Translations under genes and position numbers: made by a program | Assembly (NCBI GenBank): GCA_902478055.1 | Contig: CABSJL010000005.1 | Span: forward strand, 9,896-73,895 | DNA length: 64,000 bases | Reading direction: 5' to 3' | Source: an uncultured Veillonella sp. | Lineage (GTDB): Bacteria > Bacillota > Negativicutes > Veillonellales > Veillonellaceae | Shown: piece by piece, positions 30,130 through 38,906 of the stretch | Layout: each line of letters starts with the position of its first letter | Position numbering within the stretch: the stretch's first letter is position 1 | Notes under the pieces: generated by a model | What the model was told of the DNA's origin: nothing | Database searches by the model: none | Seen by the model: the letters and a program-made list of their open reading frames with translations, nothing else

Positions 30130-30162
30130 TACCTTAGCCCTTGGTGAGGTACTATAGGAGTT

Positions 30163-30624
30163 ATGATGGTTAAAATTTTATTCATTTGTCATGGTAATAT
30201 TTGTCGTTCAACGATGGCAGAGTTTTATATGAAGCATATCGTTAACGAGGCGGGTCTAACAGATTCTATTTATGTTGAGTCTGCCGCCACATCTCGTGAG
30301 GAGATAGGCAACGATACTCATTATGGGACTAAGCAAAAGCTAGATGAAATGGGTATTCCTTATACACGTCGTAAGGCTCGTCAAGTGACCGTTGATGACT
30401 ATCATAATTTTGATTACCTCATTATCATGGATGAAAATAATGGACGTAATTTAAAACGTATCATTGGCGATGATGTAGACTCTAAGGTGTACAAGGCTAT
30501 GTCCTTTGTTAGTGAAAGCCGTGACGTAAAGGATCCTTGGTATACGGGAAACTTTGACGAAACCTATGATGATGTCAGTCGTAGCTGTGATGCTCTATTA
30601 ACACTGCTTGAAGAGAAACTTTAA
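30163..30624 (+). CDS. Low molecular weight protein-tyrosine phosphatase
   Basis: CHGNICRS active site; DPWY. Confidence 0.93.
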   Translation: MMVKILFICHGNICRSTMAEFYMKHIVNEAGLTDSIYVESAATSREEIGNDTHYGTKQKLDEMGIPYTRRKARQVTVDDYHNFDYLIIMDENNGRNLKRIIGDDVDSKVYKAMSFVSESRDVKDPWYTGNFDETYDDVSRSCDALLTLLEEKL

Positions 30625-30642
30625 GCAATATAAATAACATGA

Positions 30643-30689
30643 TGAGCCCTCAATGGTAGGTAAAATTTTAATCTACATTGAGGGCTTTT
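30643..30689 (+). terminator. Rho-independent terminator
   Basis: gagccctcaatg...cattgagggctttt. Confidence 0.75.
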
Positions 30690-30766
30690 CTGCATAGACC
30701 TACTATCTACATATACTTTATACTATCGAACCATAGCGTAATATGGTATAATTTTTAGGTATTCAT

Positions 30767-30841
30767 GCGCCTATAGCTCAGGGGATAGAGCGCCGGTCTC
30801 CGGAACCGGGTGCGCAGGTTCGAATCCTGCTAGGCGCACCA
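30767..30841 (+). tRNA. tRNA-Arg(CCG)
   Basis: Acceptor GCGCCTA/TAGGCGC; D arm TAGCTCAGGGGATAGAGC; anticodon arm CCGGT-CTCCGGA-ACCGG; GGTTCGAATCC; encoded CCA. Confidence 0.95.
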
Positions 30842-30844
30842 AAT

Positions 30845-30877
30845 AAAAGGCTTCTCGAATTTCGAGAAGCCTTTTTT
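30845..30877. terminator. Bidirectional terminator after tRNA
   Basis: aaaaggcttctcgaa-t-ttcgagaagcctttt. Confidence 0.85.
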
Positions 30878-30887
30878 GTTTATTATT

Positions 30888-31957
30888 TGATGAATTGTAA
30901 AATATATTGCGACAAATAAAAAAACTCATATTGGAGATCTCGTGTAAAATGTAAATAACCACAAATACATGACACGGAGGTCTCTAATATGAGCTATATA
31001 CATCTTACCATAGAAAAACGAAGTCAAATAGAAGTTTTACGAAAAGAAGGATACTCTGTTCGTAGAATTGCTAGCTTAATCGGTGTCCACCATTCTACTG
31101 TAGCAAGAGAATTAAATCGCGTTGAAGGTGAATATTCTGCGATTAAAGCACAACAGTTAGCAATTAGTAAGTCTACTAATAAAGGTAGACCAACAAAGTT
31201 AACACCTCAATTAGCGGCTTTAATTGAATCCAGGTTACAACAAACTTGGTCTCCAGAAGAAATAGTTGGTTCTGAATTAGTTGGGGTTCTAAGCTTTAAA
31301 ACAATATATTCTTGGATCCATCGTGGTTTTCTTGCGGTAACAGAGAAAGTACTTCGCCGGAAAGGAAAAAAGCCCGGCACACAGGAAACCCGTGGACGCT
31401 TCAATGTTAAAAGGACCATTAAAGAACGACCTCAAGAAGTTGAAAACCGGGAGATTTTTGGTCATTGGGAACTAGATACAATGGTTTCTTCCAGAGGTCA
31501 AAGCAAAGGCTGTTTAGCTACATTTGTTGAACGTAAAACTCGATTCTATATAGCAATAAAGATGGATGACCGATCTAAGGATTCTATGTTTTTAGCTATT
31601 AGTTCCCTATACAACACATTAACAAGTAAATTACTTAAAACCTTTACCGTGGACCGTGGTAAAGAATTTGCGTGCTTTGAACAGGTTGAAACCGAGTTTG
31701 GGATACCGATGTATTTTGCTGACGCCTATGCAGCATGGCAACGTGGCTCTAATGAAAATAGTAATGGTTTACTTCGAGAGTTTTTTCCTAAGAAAACCGA
31801 TTTAGCTAAAGTAACACTAGATAAACTAACAGAAGCACTAGTGCTGATTAATAATCGACCGAGAAAATGCCTTGGGTTTAAAACACCATTTGACATGTTT
31901 AAACATGAGATTAGAAAATTGATTTAATTTTGTCGCATTACTTATTGCAATTCATCA
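30888..31957 (+). mobile_element. IS30-family insertion sequence (1070 bp)
   Basis: Imperfect 29-bp IRs TGATGAATTGTAAAATATATTGCGACAAA / TTTGTCGCATTACTTATTGCAATTCATCA; TT flanking duplication; single transposase. Confidence 0.88.
30989..31927 (+). CDS. IS30-family transposase
   Basis: HTH (RRIASLIGVHHSTVAREL), WSPE, GHWELDT, DRGKEF, WQRGSNENSNGLLR, NNRPRKCLG. Confidence 0.95.
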   Translation: MSYIHLTIEKRSQIEVLRKEGYSVRRIASLIGVHHSTVARELNRVEGEYSAIKAQQLAISKSTNKGRPTKLTPQLAALIESRLQQTWSPEEIVGSELVGVLSFKTIYSWIHRGFLAVTEKVLRRKGKKPGTQETRGRFNVKRTIKERPQEVENREIFGHWELDTMVSSRGQSKGCLATFVERKTRFYIAIKMDDRSKDSMFLAISSLYNTLTSKLLKTFTVDRGKEFACFEQVETEFGIPMYFADAYAAWQRGSNENSNGLLREFFPKKTDLAKVTLDKLTEALVLINNRPRKCLGFKTPFDMFKHEIRKLI

Positions 31958-32371
31958 TTTATATTTATTACACTGAATTCCTCTAGATTTAAATTCATTC
32001 ATGAGTATATCTATTGATTTATCAATGATTTCTTCATTAGTTATATATACCATCTTTTTGAAGTAGACCGTACCATCAAATTCTATCCAACGACTTGTCT
32101 TACCATTTAGTAAGCAAATCTTCATTCTGCCAGCCCAGCTTCCCATGCTGCGGAATTTTTTGCCCTTAGAGAAGCGTACTTCTCGAATATCTTTTAATTT
32201 ATAGGTTCTTTTCATTAATCCAAGGCCTATAGAGACTTGATCATCTGTAAAATAAAGAAGTTTATAACGGTCTTCTGGAGACATGGATTTAATTATAGAT
32301 AGGTTATAAGTAGCAAAAACTATAGCAATAGCTATCAATATAAACATTAGTATTATCATATAGCTTCCCAT
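31955..32371 (-). CDS. Hypothetical membrane-anchored protein
   Basis: 138-aa ORF with N-terminal TM helix and AGGAGG RBS. Confidence 0.7.
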   Translation of the reverse strand: MGSYMIILMFILIAIAIVFATYNLSIIKSMSPEDRYKLLYFTDDQVSIGLGLMKRTYKLKDIREVRFSKGKKFRSMGSWAGRMKICLLNGKTSRWIEFDGTVYFKKMVYITNEEIIDKSIDILMNEFKSRGIQCNKYK

Positions 32372-32530
32372 ACTTTCAAGGCCTCCTTTTCTCTATTATA
32401 ATAAATATAAGTAATGTATGAAATCATTTTATATCACTTCATGAATAAAATTTCATATTGGTTATATCTTACGTATGTATAATATTCTCAAAATTGCATG
32501 GTTATTTGTAATAGAAATGGAGAGAGTGCT

Positions 32531-33286
32531 ATGTTTTCAACGTTAATATTTTTTATAATTTTATTCCTGATTTTCTTCTTTATTAAGCAATATAATTTAT
32601 TGCAAAAATTAACTGTTGAGATTAAAGAGGCACGTGCCAATATCATTGTGGCATACGAGAAGAAAGTGGCTATTGTTAATCAGTTTACTAGTATTGTAAA
32701 TGAGTATGATGATTATGAGAAACTAATCCAGTTGAAAGTGTCCGATAATTTTGTTGAAATGGCTCGTGAAACAGCAAAAGCAGTTCAAAACATTACAGCA
32801 TTAGCGAATCAATTCCCAGATTTGAAGGCTAACACTCAATATGGTAAATTCTTGGAAGCGATTAGTGAAAATGAAACGTTTATTTCTAATAAACGTGAAA
32901 GCTATAACTTCCAAGTTAAAGAATATAATAGTGAAATTGCCCAAATTCCAATGGTGTTCGTTGCATCTTTGCTAGGCTTTAAACAGGCTCCATTCTTTGA
33001 TCCAAATAATGAAGAAGCCTTGGCTGAATTTAGCGGTGCTGACCCAGAAGCGATTAAAGATCTTGCTATTAAGGGTACAGATAAGTTGAAGGATACAACA
33101 GATAAAATTAGAGAATCCTTTGAAAAACGTGAACAAGAAGCACAAGCCAAGAGAGAAGAACGCCTTAAACAAGAGCGTGAAGCTGCTTCTAATGATGAGA
33201 GTGTAAAGACTGAAGAGAAAACTGATACAGAGGCACCTAAAACAAATGATGTATCTAGTTCAGTAGAGAAAAAAGAAGATAAATAA
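32531..33286 (+). CDS. lemA: LemA-family protein with charged C-terminal extension
   Basis: N-terminal TM; FPDLKAN, RESYN..V.EYN, IPMVFVASLLGF. Confidence 0.85.
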   Translation: MFSTLIFFIILFLIFFFIKQYNLLQKLTVEIKEARANIIVAYEKKVAIVNQFTSIVNEYDDYEKLIQLKVSDNFVEMARETAKAVQNITALANQFPDLKANTQYGKFLEAISENETFISNKRESYNFQVKEYNSEIAQIPMVFVASLLGFKQAPFFDPNNEEALAEFSGADPEAIKDLAIKGTDKLKDTTDKIRESFEKREQEAQAKREERLKQEREAASNDESVKTEEKTDTEAPKTNDVSSSVEKKEDK

Positions 33287-33336
33287 TTGTATAACACAAC
33301 TATAGAAATGCGTATAGGAAATCATTATTAAAGTGA

Positions 33337-33374
33337 TAGAGAAACCTCCACTCCAATGAGTGGAGGTTTTTCTA
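33337..33374 (+). terminator. Rho-independent terminator
   Basis: aaacctccactc-caat-gagtggaggttttt. Confidence 0.85.
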
Positions 33375-33646
33375 TTCAGCGCTATATAGGAGCTGTGTTG
33401 TAGATAGGAATTCAACATAGAATGTTATATTTAATAGTATCGAAATAATAAGTGAATGTGATTTGGGTAACACATTTTATTTTGAGAATGATGTACAATA
33501 AAAATGTCCTTAAGAAAATCTGAACATCCTAGCTGGAACACTAGGCATATAGGACGTATTGAACAATATATATGTTTTATTAACATTATTAATACACTAA
33601 AATCTATCAATGCTCTTAGTATGGGCAGTGATATAGAGGAGATAGA

Positions 33647-34462
33647 ATGACAAATACAATACAAGAGCTCACTGTCAACGAAGCTTGGCGTGATGAGCAA
33701 GATGCGTGGAATAACCGTTCCAATTACTTTGTAGAAATGCACAATCGAGAAGATCGTAAGGCGCAGGTTACAGAGTTTTTATCCTTTTTGAAGGATGAAA
33801 ATCTGTTACCTCAAAACGGCGGTCGTACGTTAGATGTAGGATGCGGTGTTTGTGATTATGCACTAGGTTTAGCACGTGAAGGATATAAGGCGACAGGCAT
33901 AGATTTGTCTGATGGCATGATTCGTGGTGCTAAACAAATAGCAGAGGCAGAAGGTTTAGATCTTAGCTTGTATATTGCACCGTGGTCTGATGAAACTCGC
34001 CGTGAACTAAAATGGGATAAAACCTTTGATTTAACATATAGTATTTTTTGCCCTATCATGTTTGATGTAGAAAACATTCGCGCCATGCATGAATCAAGTA
34101 AGGACAAATGCTTGTGGATTGCTTTTAGTGAACGCAGTGATGAAACGGTAGATATGTTATCTGAACATTTCTTTGGTCGCGATTCATTTCCTTGGGATGG
34201 TAAGATGAAAGCATGTTTAGATGTTATCCATGAAATAGGACATAATGTAAAAGTGACTTATAAAACAGTGCCTGAAACAGAGGTTATGAGCCTTGATAAA
34301 GCGGTTAATTACTTTGCTATGCGACTTCATAATAATACATGGGGCGATATAGAAGATATGAAAGTAGAAATTAGGAATCTCATTGAACCATTAGCCATTA
34401 ATGGAGAAATCCATAATAAAACAGTTGATAAAGTGGCATGGGTATCATGGTCTGTGAAATAG
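33647..34462 (+). CDS. Class I SAM-dependent methyltransferase
   Basis: LDVGCG motif I; GIDLS..MI. Confidence 0.85.
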   Translation: MTNTIQELTVNEAWRDEQDAWNNRSNYFVEMHNREDRKAQVTEFLSFLKDENLLPQNGGRTLDVGCGVCDYALGLAREGYKATGIDLSDGMIRGAKQIAEAEGLDLSLYIAPWSDETRRELKWDKTFDLTYSIFCPIMFDVENIRAMHESSKDKCLWIAFSERSDETVDMLSEHFFGRDSFPWDGKMKACLDVIHEIGHNVKVTYKTVPETEVMSLDKAVNYFAMRLHNNTWGDIEDMKVEIRNLIEPLAINGEIHNKTVDKVAWVSWSVK

Positions 34463-34471
34463 GAGGGTAGT

Positions 34472-34801
34472 ATGACAGTTGATGAAAAACGTAAGTTAGA
34501 ACTAAAAACTATGTACCAAATTATTGGCATCTATTGTCATAATAAGCACCATACTCCTAAGGGGCAGCTATGTGAGGCTTGCGAGCAGGTTTGGGAATAT
34601 GCGGAGCATCGCATTGATGCATGTCCTCATATGGAAAGTAAAACATTCTGTAGTGTATGTAAAACCCATTGCTATGCACCTAATTATCGTGAAAAAATCC
34701 GTGAAATTATGCGTTATGGTGGACCAAGGATGTTACTGGTATCGCCGATCCAAGTCATTAGACATATGTATCTTGAATGGAAAGACAAAAAAAGAGGCTA
34801 G
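34472..34801 (+). CDS. YgbA-family (nitrous oxide-stimulated promoter) Cys/His protein
   Basis: IYCHNKH, LCEAC, CPH...FCSVCKTHCY, MRYGGPRML. Confidence 0.85.
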   Translation: MTVDEKRKLELKTMYQIIGIYCHNKHHTPKGQLCEACEQVWEYAEHRIDACPHMESKTFCSVCKTHCYAPNYREKIREIMRYGGPRMLLVSPIQVIRHMYLEWKDKKRG

Positions 34802-34819
34802 CCATGTTAGCCTCTTTTT
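34789..34819. terminator. Bidirectional terminator
   Basis: aaaaagaggcta...tagcctcttttt between convergent genes. Confidence 0.75.
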
Positions 34820-34850
34820 AATGGTTTTATCACGTTTTCATGTAATAATC

Positions 34851-35129
34851 TTATGCGATTGCTTTGTCCAATACAGCTTTGATTAATGCTTTTGTTTGGT
34901 CATAGCTTTCACCAGGTTGAGCCTCATATTGTTTGTCGAGGTCGAACCATAAGTTTGGATAGTACTCATAAGGGTGAGTTTTGAAGAGCTCATGAGCGTC
35001 TTGATCTTCAACCCAGTTGATATGAATGTCTGCGTATGCAGGGTTTTCTGCAACGAGTTCATCGATAGCGCGGAATGCGTTTTCGCAGTAAGGGCAACCG
35101 ATTAAGTGGAAACCTAAGATTTCTTTCAT
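34851..35129 (-). CDS. Glutaredoxin-like protein
   Basis: GCPYC motif; cis-Pro segment YYPN. Confidence 0.8.
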   Translation of the reverse strand: MKEILGFHLIGCPYCENAFRAIDELVAENPAYADIHINWVEDQDAHELFKTHPYEYYPNLWFDLDKQYEAQPGESYDQTKALIKAVLDKAIA

Positions 35130-35321
35130 GTTACACAGTCCTTTCCAGATAGAATCAACATATACTTACATAATTTGAGATTTTATACATACTCATGCAC
35201 CACAATATATGGTACACTACTGAGTATATCACATCTATATAAGATATTCAATTTTTTAGATATATCTAATGAGAATATTGAGAATGCAATATGCATGTAT
35301 TACATAGATAAGGAGACACCT

Positions 35322-37049
35322 ATGATTTCAGGCGCGCAGTATTTGGTAAAAGCCCTTCAAGAGGAGCAGGTAGAAATCTTATTTAACTATCCTGGGGCTG
35401 CTACTATTGATATTATGGATGAATTATATAAACAAGATCAGGTAAAGGTTATTTTGCCTCGTCACGAGCAAGCCTTAGCTCATGCTGCTGATGGGTATGC
35501 TCGTAGCACGGGTAAGGTAGGGGTTTGTATGGTAACCTCTGGACCAGGTGCTACCAATCTTGTAACAGGTATTGCTACTGCTTATGCAGATAGTGTTCCT
35601 CTTGTTTGTATTACAGGTCAAGTAGACTTAGGCCTCATGGGCAATGACGCATTCCAAGAGGTGGATACGGTTGGTATTGTGCGCAATATCTGTAAATATG
35701 CTGTTACCGTTCGTGATCGTAAAGAGCTAGGGCGTATTTTGAAAGAAGCCTTTTATATTGCCCGTACTGGTCGTCCTGGTCCTGTAGTGGTGGATGTTCC
35801 TAAAAATATTCAAAAGGCTATGGGCTCTGATGAGTATCCTACAGAGGTTAATATTCGTGGCTATAAACCAAATACAACAGTTCACGTAGGACAAGTAAAA
35901 AAAGCATGCTCTATTATTAGCAAGGCTAAACGACCACTATTCTTATTAGGTGGTGGCGTTAGCATTAGTGGTGCTAACGACCTCATGATGAAGCTAGTAG
36001 AAAAAACAGGTATTCCTGCTGTAACTACATTGATGGGGAAAGGTGCTATCGATAGTCTACATCCTTTATATCTCGGCAATATTGGTATTCATGGTGGCTA
36101 TGCACCGAATGTGGCACTCACTGATTGTGATGTAATGATTTCTATTGGTACACGCTTTAACGATCGTATTACAGGCAAATTAAGCACCTTTGCACAACAT
36201 TGTAAGATTATTCATATCGATGTAGATGCAGCATCTATCTCTAAAAATATTAAAGTAGATATTCCAATCGTAGCCGATGCTAAATTGGCTATCGAAAAAC
36301 TCTTAGAGTATATTGAGCCTCATGATCTTGGTGATTGGCCTGAACAACTGCAACAGCTTAAAGCAGAACGTCCTGTAACACAAGCTGATGAAGAAGGTTT
36401 AACACCTCAAACAGTAATTGACTACATCAATAATCACTATGATCGCCCAATTGTTACTACTGACGTAGGTCAAAACCAACTATGGACTACTCAGTTTTTA
36501 GAGGTACAAGGACAACACCAAATGCTGACTTCTGGCGGTTTAGGAACTATGGGCTATGGCTTCCCTGCAGCACTAGGTGCTCAAATGGGGAATCCAGATA
36601 AGCGCGTATTTGTCATCTGTGGTGACGGTGGGGTGCAAATGAACATCCAAGAGTTTGCTACCGCTATGCACTATCGTTTACCTGTGACGCTAATTGTTTT
36701 AAACAATGGGTTCCTCGGTAATGTACGTCAATGGCAACAATTGTTCTACGATAAACGGTATGCTTGTACGAATTTGATGATGGATGAAAGCTCCATTGTT
36801 ACACGAGATATCATTGATAATGATGAGTTTGAATATGTGCCAGACTTCGTGAAATTGGCAGAGGCTTATGGTGCTAAGGCAATGCGCATTACTAAAGTTG
36901 AGGATATTGAAAAAGGGTTCCAATTGGCGGATACTTTCAAAAATGGCCCGACCTTACTTGAGTTCATCATTCCTACAGAGCTTAATGTATTGCCAATGGT
37001 ACCTGCAGGTAAATCTTTAAGTGATATGTTATTAAAGGATAAAAAATAG
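35322..37049 (+). CDS. ilvB: Acetolactate synthase large subunit
   Basis: RHEQ, TSGPGATN, DAFQE, TDVGQNQ, GDGG...NN ThDP motif; AAGGAG RBS. Confidence 0.95.
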   Translation: MISGAQYLVKALQEEQVEILFNYPGAATIDIMDELYKQDQVKVILPRHEQALAHAADGYARSTGKVGVCMVTSGPGATNLVTGIATAYADSVPLVCITGQVDLGLMGNDAFQEVDTVGIVRNICKYAVTVRDRKELGRILKEAFYIARTGRPGPVVVDVPKNIQKAMGSDEYPTEVNIRGYKPNTTVHVGQVKKACSIISKAKRPLFLLGGGVSISGANDLMMKLVEKTGIPAVTTLMGKGAIDSLHPLYLGNIGIHGGYAPNVALTDCDVMISIGTRFNDRITGKLSTFAQHCKIIHIDVDAASISKNIKVDIPIVADAKLAIEKLLEYIEPHDLGDWPEQLQQLKAERPVTQADEEGLTPQTVIDYINNHYDRPIVTTDVGQNQLWTTQFLEVQGQHQMLTSGGLGTMGYGFPAALGAQMGNPDKRVFVICGDGGVQMNIQEFATAMHYRLPVTLIVLNNGFLGNVRQWQQLFYDKRYACTNLMMDESSIVTRDIIDNDEFEYVPDFVKLAEAYGAKAMRITKVEDIEKGFQLADTFKNGPTLLEFIIPTELNVLPMVPAGKSLSDMLLKDKK

Positions 37050-37057
37050 GAGGGGCT

Positions 37058-37570
37058 ATGGAAGTACATATGAAAAAGCGCTGCATTTCAGCGTATGTAG
37101 AAAACCAAATCGGTGTATTGGCTAAAATTTCAGGTCTCTTTGCTGGTAAAAACTATAATTTAGATACATTGACAGTAGGGGAAACAGAAGATCCTACTAT
37201 GTCGCGTATGACGATTGATCTTACTTGTGATGATTTGACGTATGAACAAATTATTAAACAATTGAACCGCAGTGTTGAAGTCATTAAGGTTATTGACTTT
37301 ACGGATATGCCGATTACGAAAAAAGAGTTATTATTTATCAAGGTTAATAACTGTAAGGAAGCGGATAAACAAGAAATATTCCGTATTGCTCAAACCTTTG
37401 ATCTCTTAGTGGTGGACTATAACCGTAAGTCTGTACTTATACAATGTGTAAAGACCGTATCTAAAAATAATGACATGATTGCCCTCTTTAAAGATATGTT
37501 CGTGAATCGCATTGAAGTTGTACGCGGTGGTAGCGTTGCAATCGAAGCACTATCTACACCTGATAGATAA
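37058..37570 (+). CDS. ilvN: Acetolactate synthase small subunit
   Basis: VENQIGVLAKISGLF..NYNLDTL ACT domain. Confidence 0.92.
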   Translation: MEVHMKKRCISAYVENQIGVLAKISGLFAGKNYNLDTLTVGETEDPTMSRMTIDLTCDDLTYEQIIKQLNRSVEVIKVIDFTDMPITKKELLFIKVNNCKEADKQEIFRIAQTFDLLVVDYNRKSVLIQCVKTVSKNNDMIALFKDMFVNRIEVVRGGSVAIEALSTPDR

Positions 37571-37687
37571 GTTTTAACTTAATTATTCTAAATCTATTTC
37601 TGGAGGATAATGATCTAAAACTGGTAGTGATTTAGAATGGGTACAACTGAATATGATATAATATTTATATCGACCATTATTGATATA

Positions 37688-37717
37688 GAGACCTTGGTTG
37701 TATGCCAAGGTCTTTTT
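37688..37717 (+). terminator. Terminator-like hairpin abutting carbonic anhydrase RBS
   Basis: gagaccttggt...gccaaggtcttttt. Confidence 0.7.
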
Positions 37718-37731
37718 ATATAGGAGGTACT

Positions 37732-38319
37732 ATGAGTTTATTAGATGATATTTTAGCCCATAATAGAGAATATGTAGAAGATCAAAATACAGGCTATGTA
37801 GAAACAGATACTAAATGCAGTAAGATGCCTAGTCGAGAAATGGCAATCGTTACATGCATGGATACACGTCTTGTTAACTTTTTAGAAGATTCCATGGATA
37901 TTGGCCGCGGTGAAGCGAAAATTGTAAAGACTGCAGGGAACTGTATTACAGGTCCCTTTGATGGCGTTGTACGTAGCTTACTTGTTTGTATTTATGAGCT
38001 AGGCGTTAATGAAATCTTTATCATTGGTCATCACGAATGTGGTATGGCAAAAACTACGGCAAAAGATCTAACAGAAAAAATGTTGGCTCGTGGTATTGCA
38101 CCAGAAGCGATTCATATGGTCCGTAAAGAAATGGAACACTGGGCAGATGGATTTACACACCCTGCTGAAAATGTAGAAGACACTGTAGACGAATTGCGTA
38201 TGAATCCTTTGATTCCGAAAGACGTACCTATTCACGGTCTTATCTTCCATCCTAGAACAGGTGAAATTGAAGTCATCGTTAATGGCTATACACAAATGAA
38301 GCAATATTACGAAAAATAG
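37732..38319 (+). CDS. Beta-class carbonic anhydrase (clade D)
   Basis: TCMDTRL and HHECGM zinc ligands. Confidence 0.92.
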   Translation: MSLLDDILAHNREYVEDQNTGYVETDTKCSKMPSREMAIVTCMDTRLVNFLEDSMDIGRGEAKIVKTAGNCITGPFDGVVRSLLVCIYELGVNEIFIIGHHECGMAKTTAKDLTEKMLARGIAPEAIHMVRKEMEHWADGFTHPAENVEDTVDELRMNPLIPKDVPIHGLIFHPRTGEIEVIVNGYTQMKQYYEK

Positions 38320-38350
38320 TAGGTAAATACTTTAAAAGAGGTATTGTGAA

Positions 38351-38815
38351 TTGAGCAATATAGATAGATTAGATACATTTGAGGTAGCGTGTAAACATTT
38401 TCTGGGAGATTTTTCAAATTTTAAAAATCTCATTTCTACCCAAGTTCAATCGTTAAATGGTTTAGAATGGTCTCTTGATAAAGGTTCTACTAAGGTTTGT
38501 AGTGCTGACGAAAAGGGCTTAAAAAAACGATGCAAAGTTGGCATAACATATAGACTACAGGTTGAATTATCTCAAGTTGATACGGAAATTATTTGGTCAG
38601 AATTTAGCCGATTTTGGGGTGCCACTACTTTAAATCAGATTGAAAGAGTATACAGTAATGAAGAATTAGGGCGCTATCAATTTATAGCTAATAATTCTAT
38701 AGGCGATGAGCTTACATGTAATATCTATTTACCTAATGAGTGGAATATACCGCAATTAAATATGTTGGGTTTTGTTTCCGCTAGATATAGAAAAGTAGAT
38801 GTTGAAGAAGTATAG
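38351..38815 (+). CDS. Hypothetical protein
   Basis: 154-aa ORF, GAGG RBS, TTG start; no recognised motif. Confidence 0.6.
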   Translation: MSNIDRLDTFEVACKHFLGDFSNFKNLISTQVQSLNGLEWSLDKGSTKVCSADEKGLKKRCKVGITYRLQVELSQVDTEIIWSEFSRFWGATTLNQIERVYSNEELGRYQFIANNSIGDELTCNIYLPNEWNIPQLNMLGFVSARYRKVDVEEV

Positions 38816-38906
38816 CAAAATCTTATTTGACTTAAAGTTAAGTTTAAGTTTTATAATGTGTTCATATTAAATATTAATCAAACAGTTTAGTTAATAAAGG
38901 AATTAT

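Noticed and set aside
30771..30962. 63-aa minus-strand ORF
   Set aside because: Antisense to tRNA-Arg and the IS end
30767..32400. Prophage or integrative island at tRNA-Arg
   Set aside because: No integrase and no repeated tRNA 3' end found; only an IS is present
33478..33560. Fur-like TGAGAATGATGTACA and cctag...ctagg hairpin upstream of the methyltransferase
   Set aside because: Poor right half-site; hairpin matches no riboswitch I recognise
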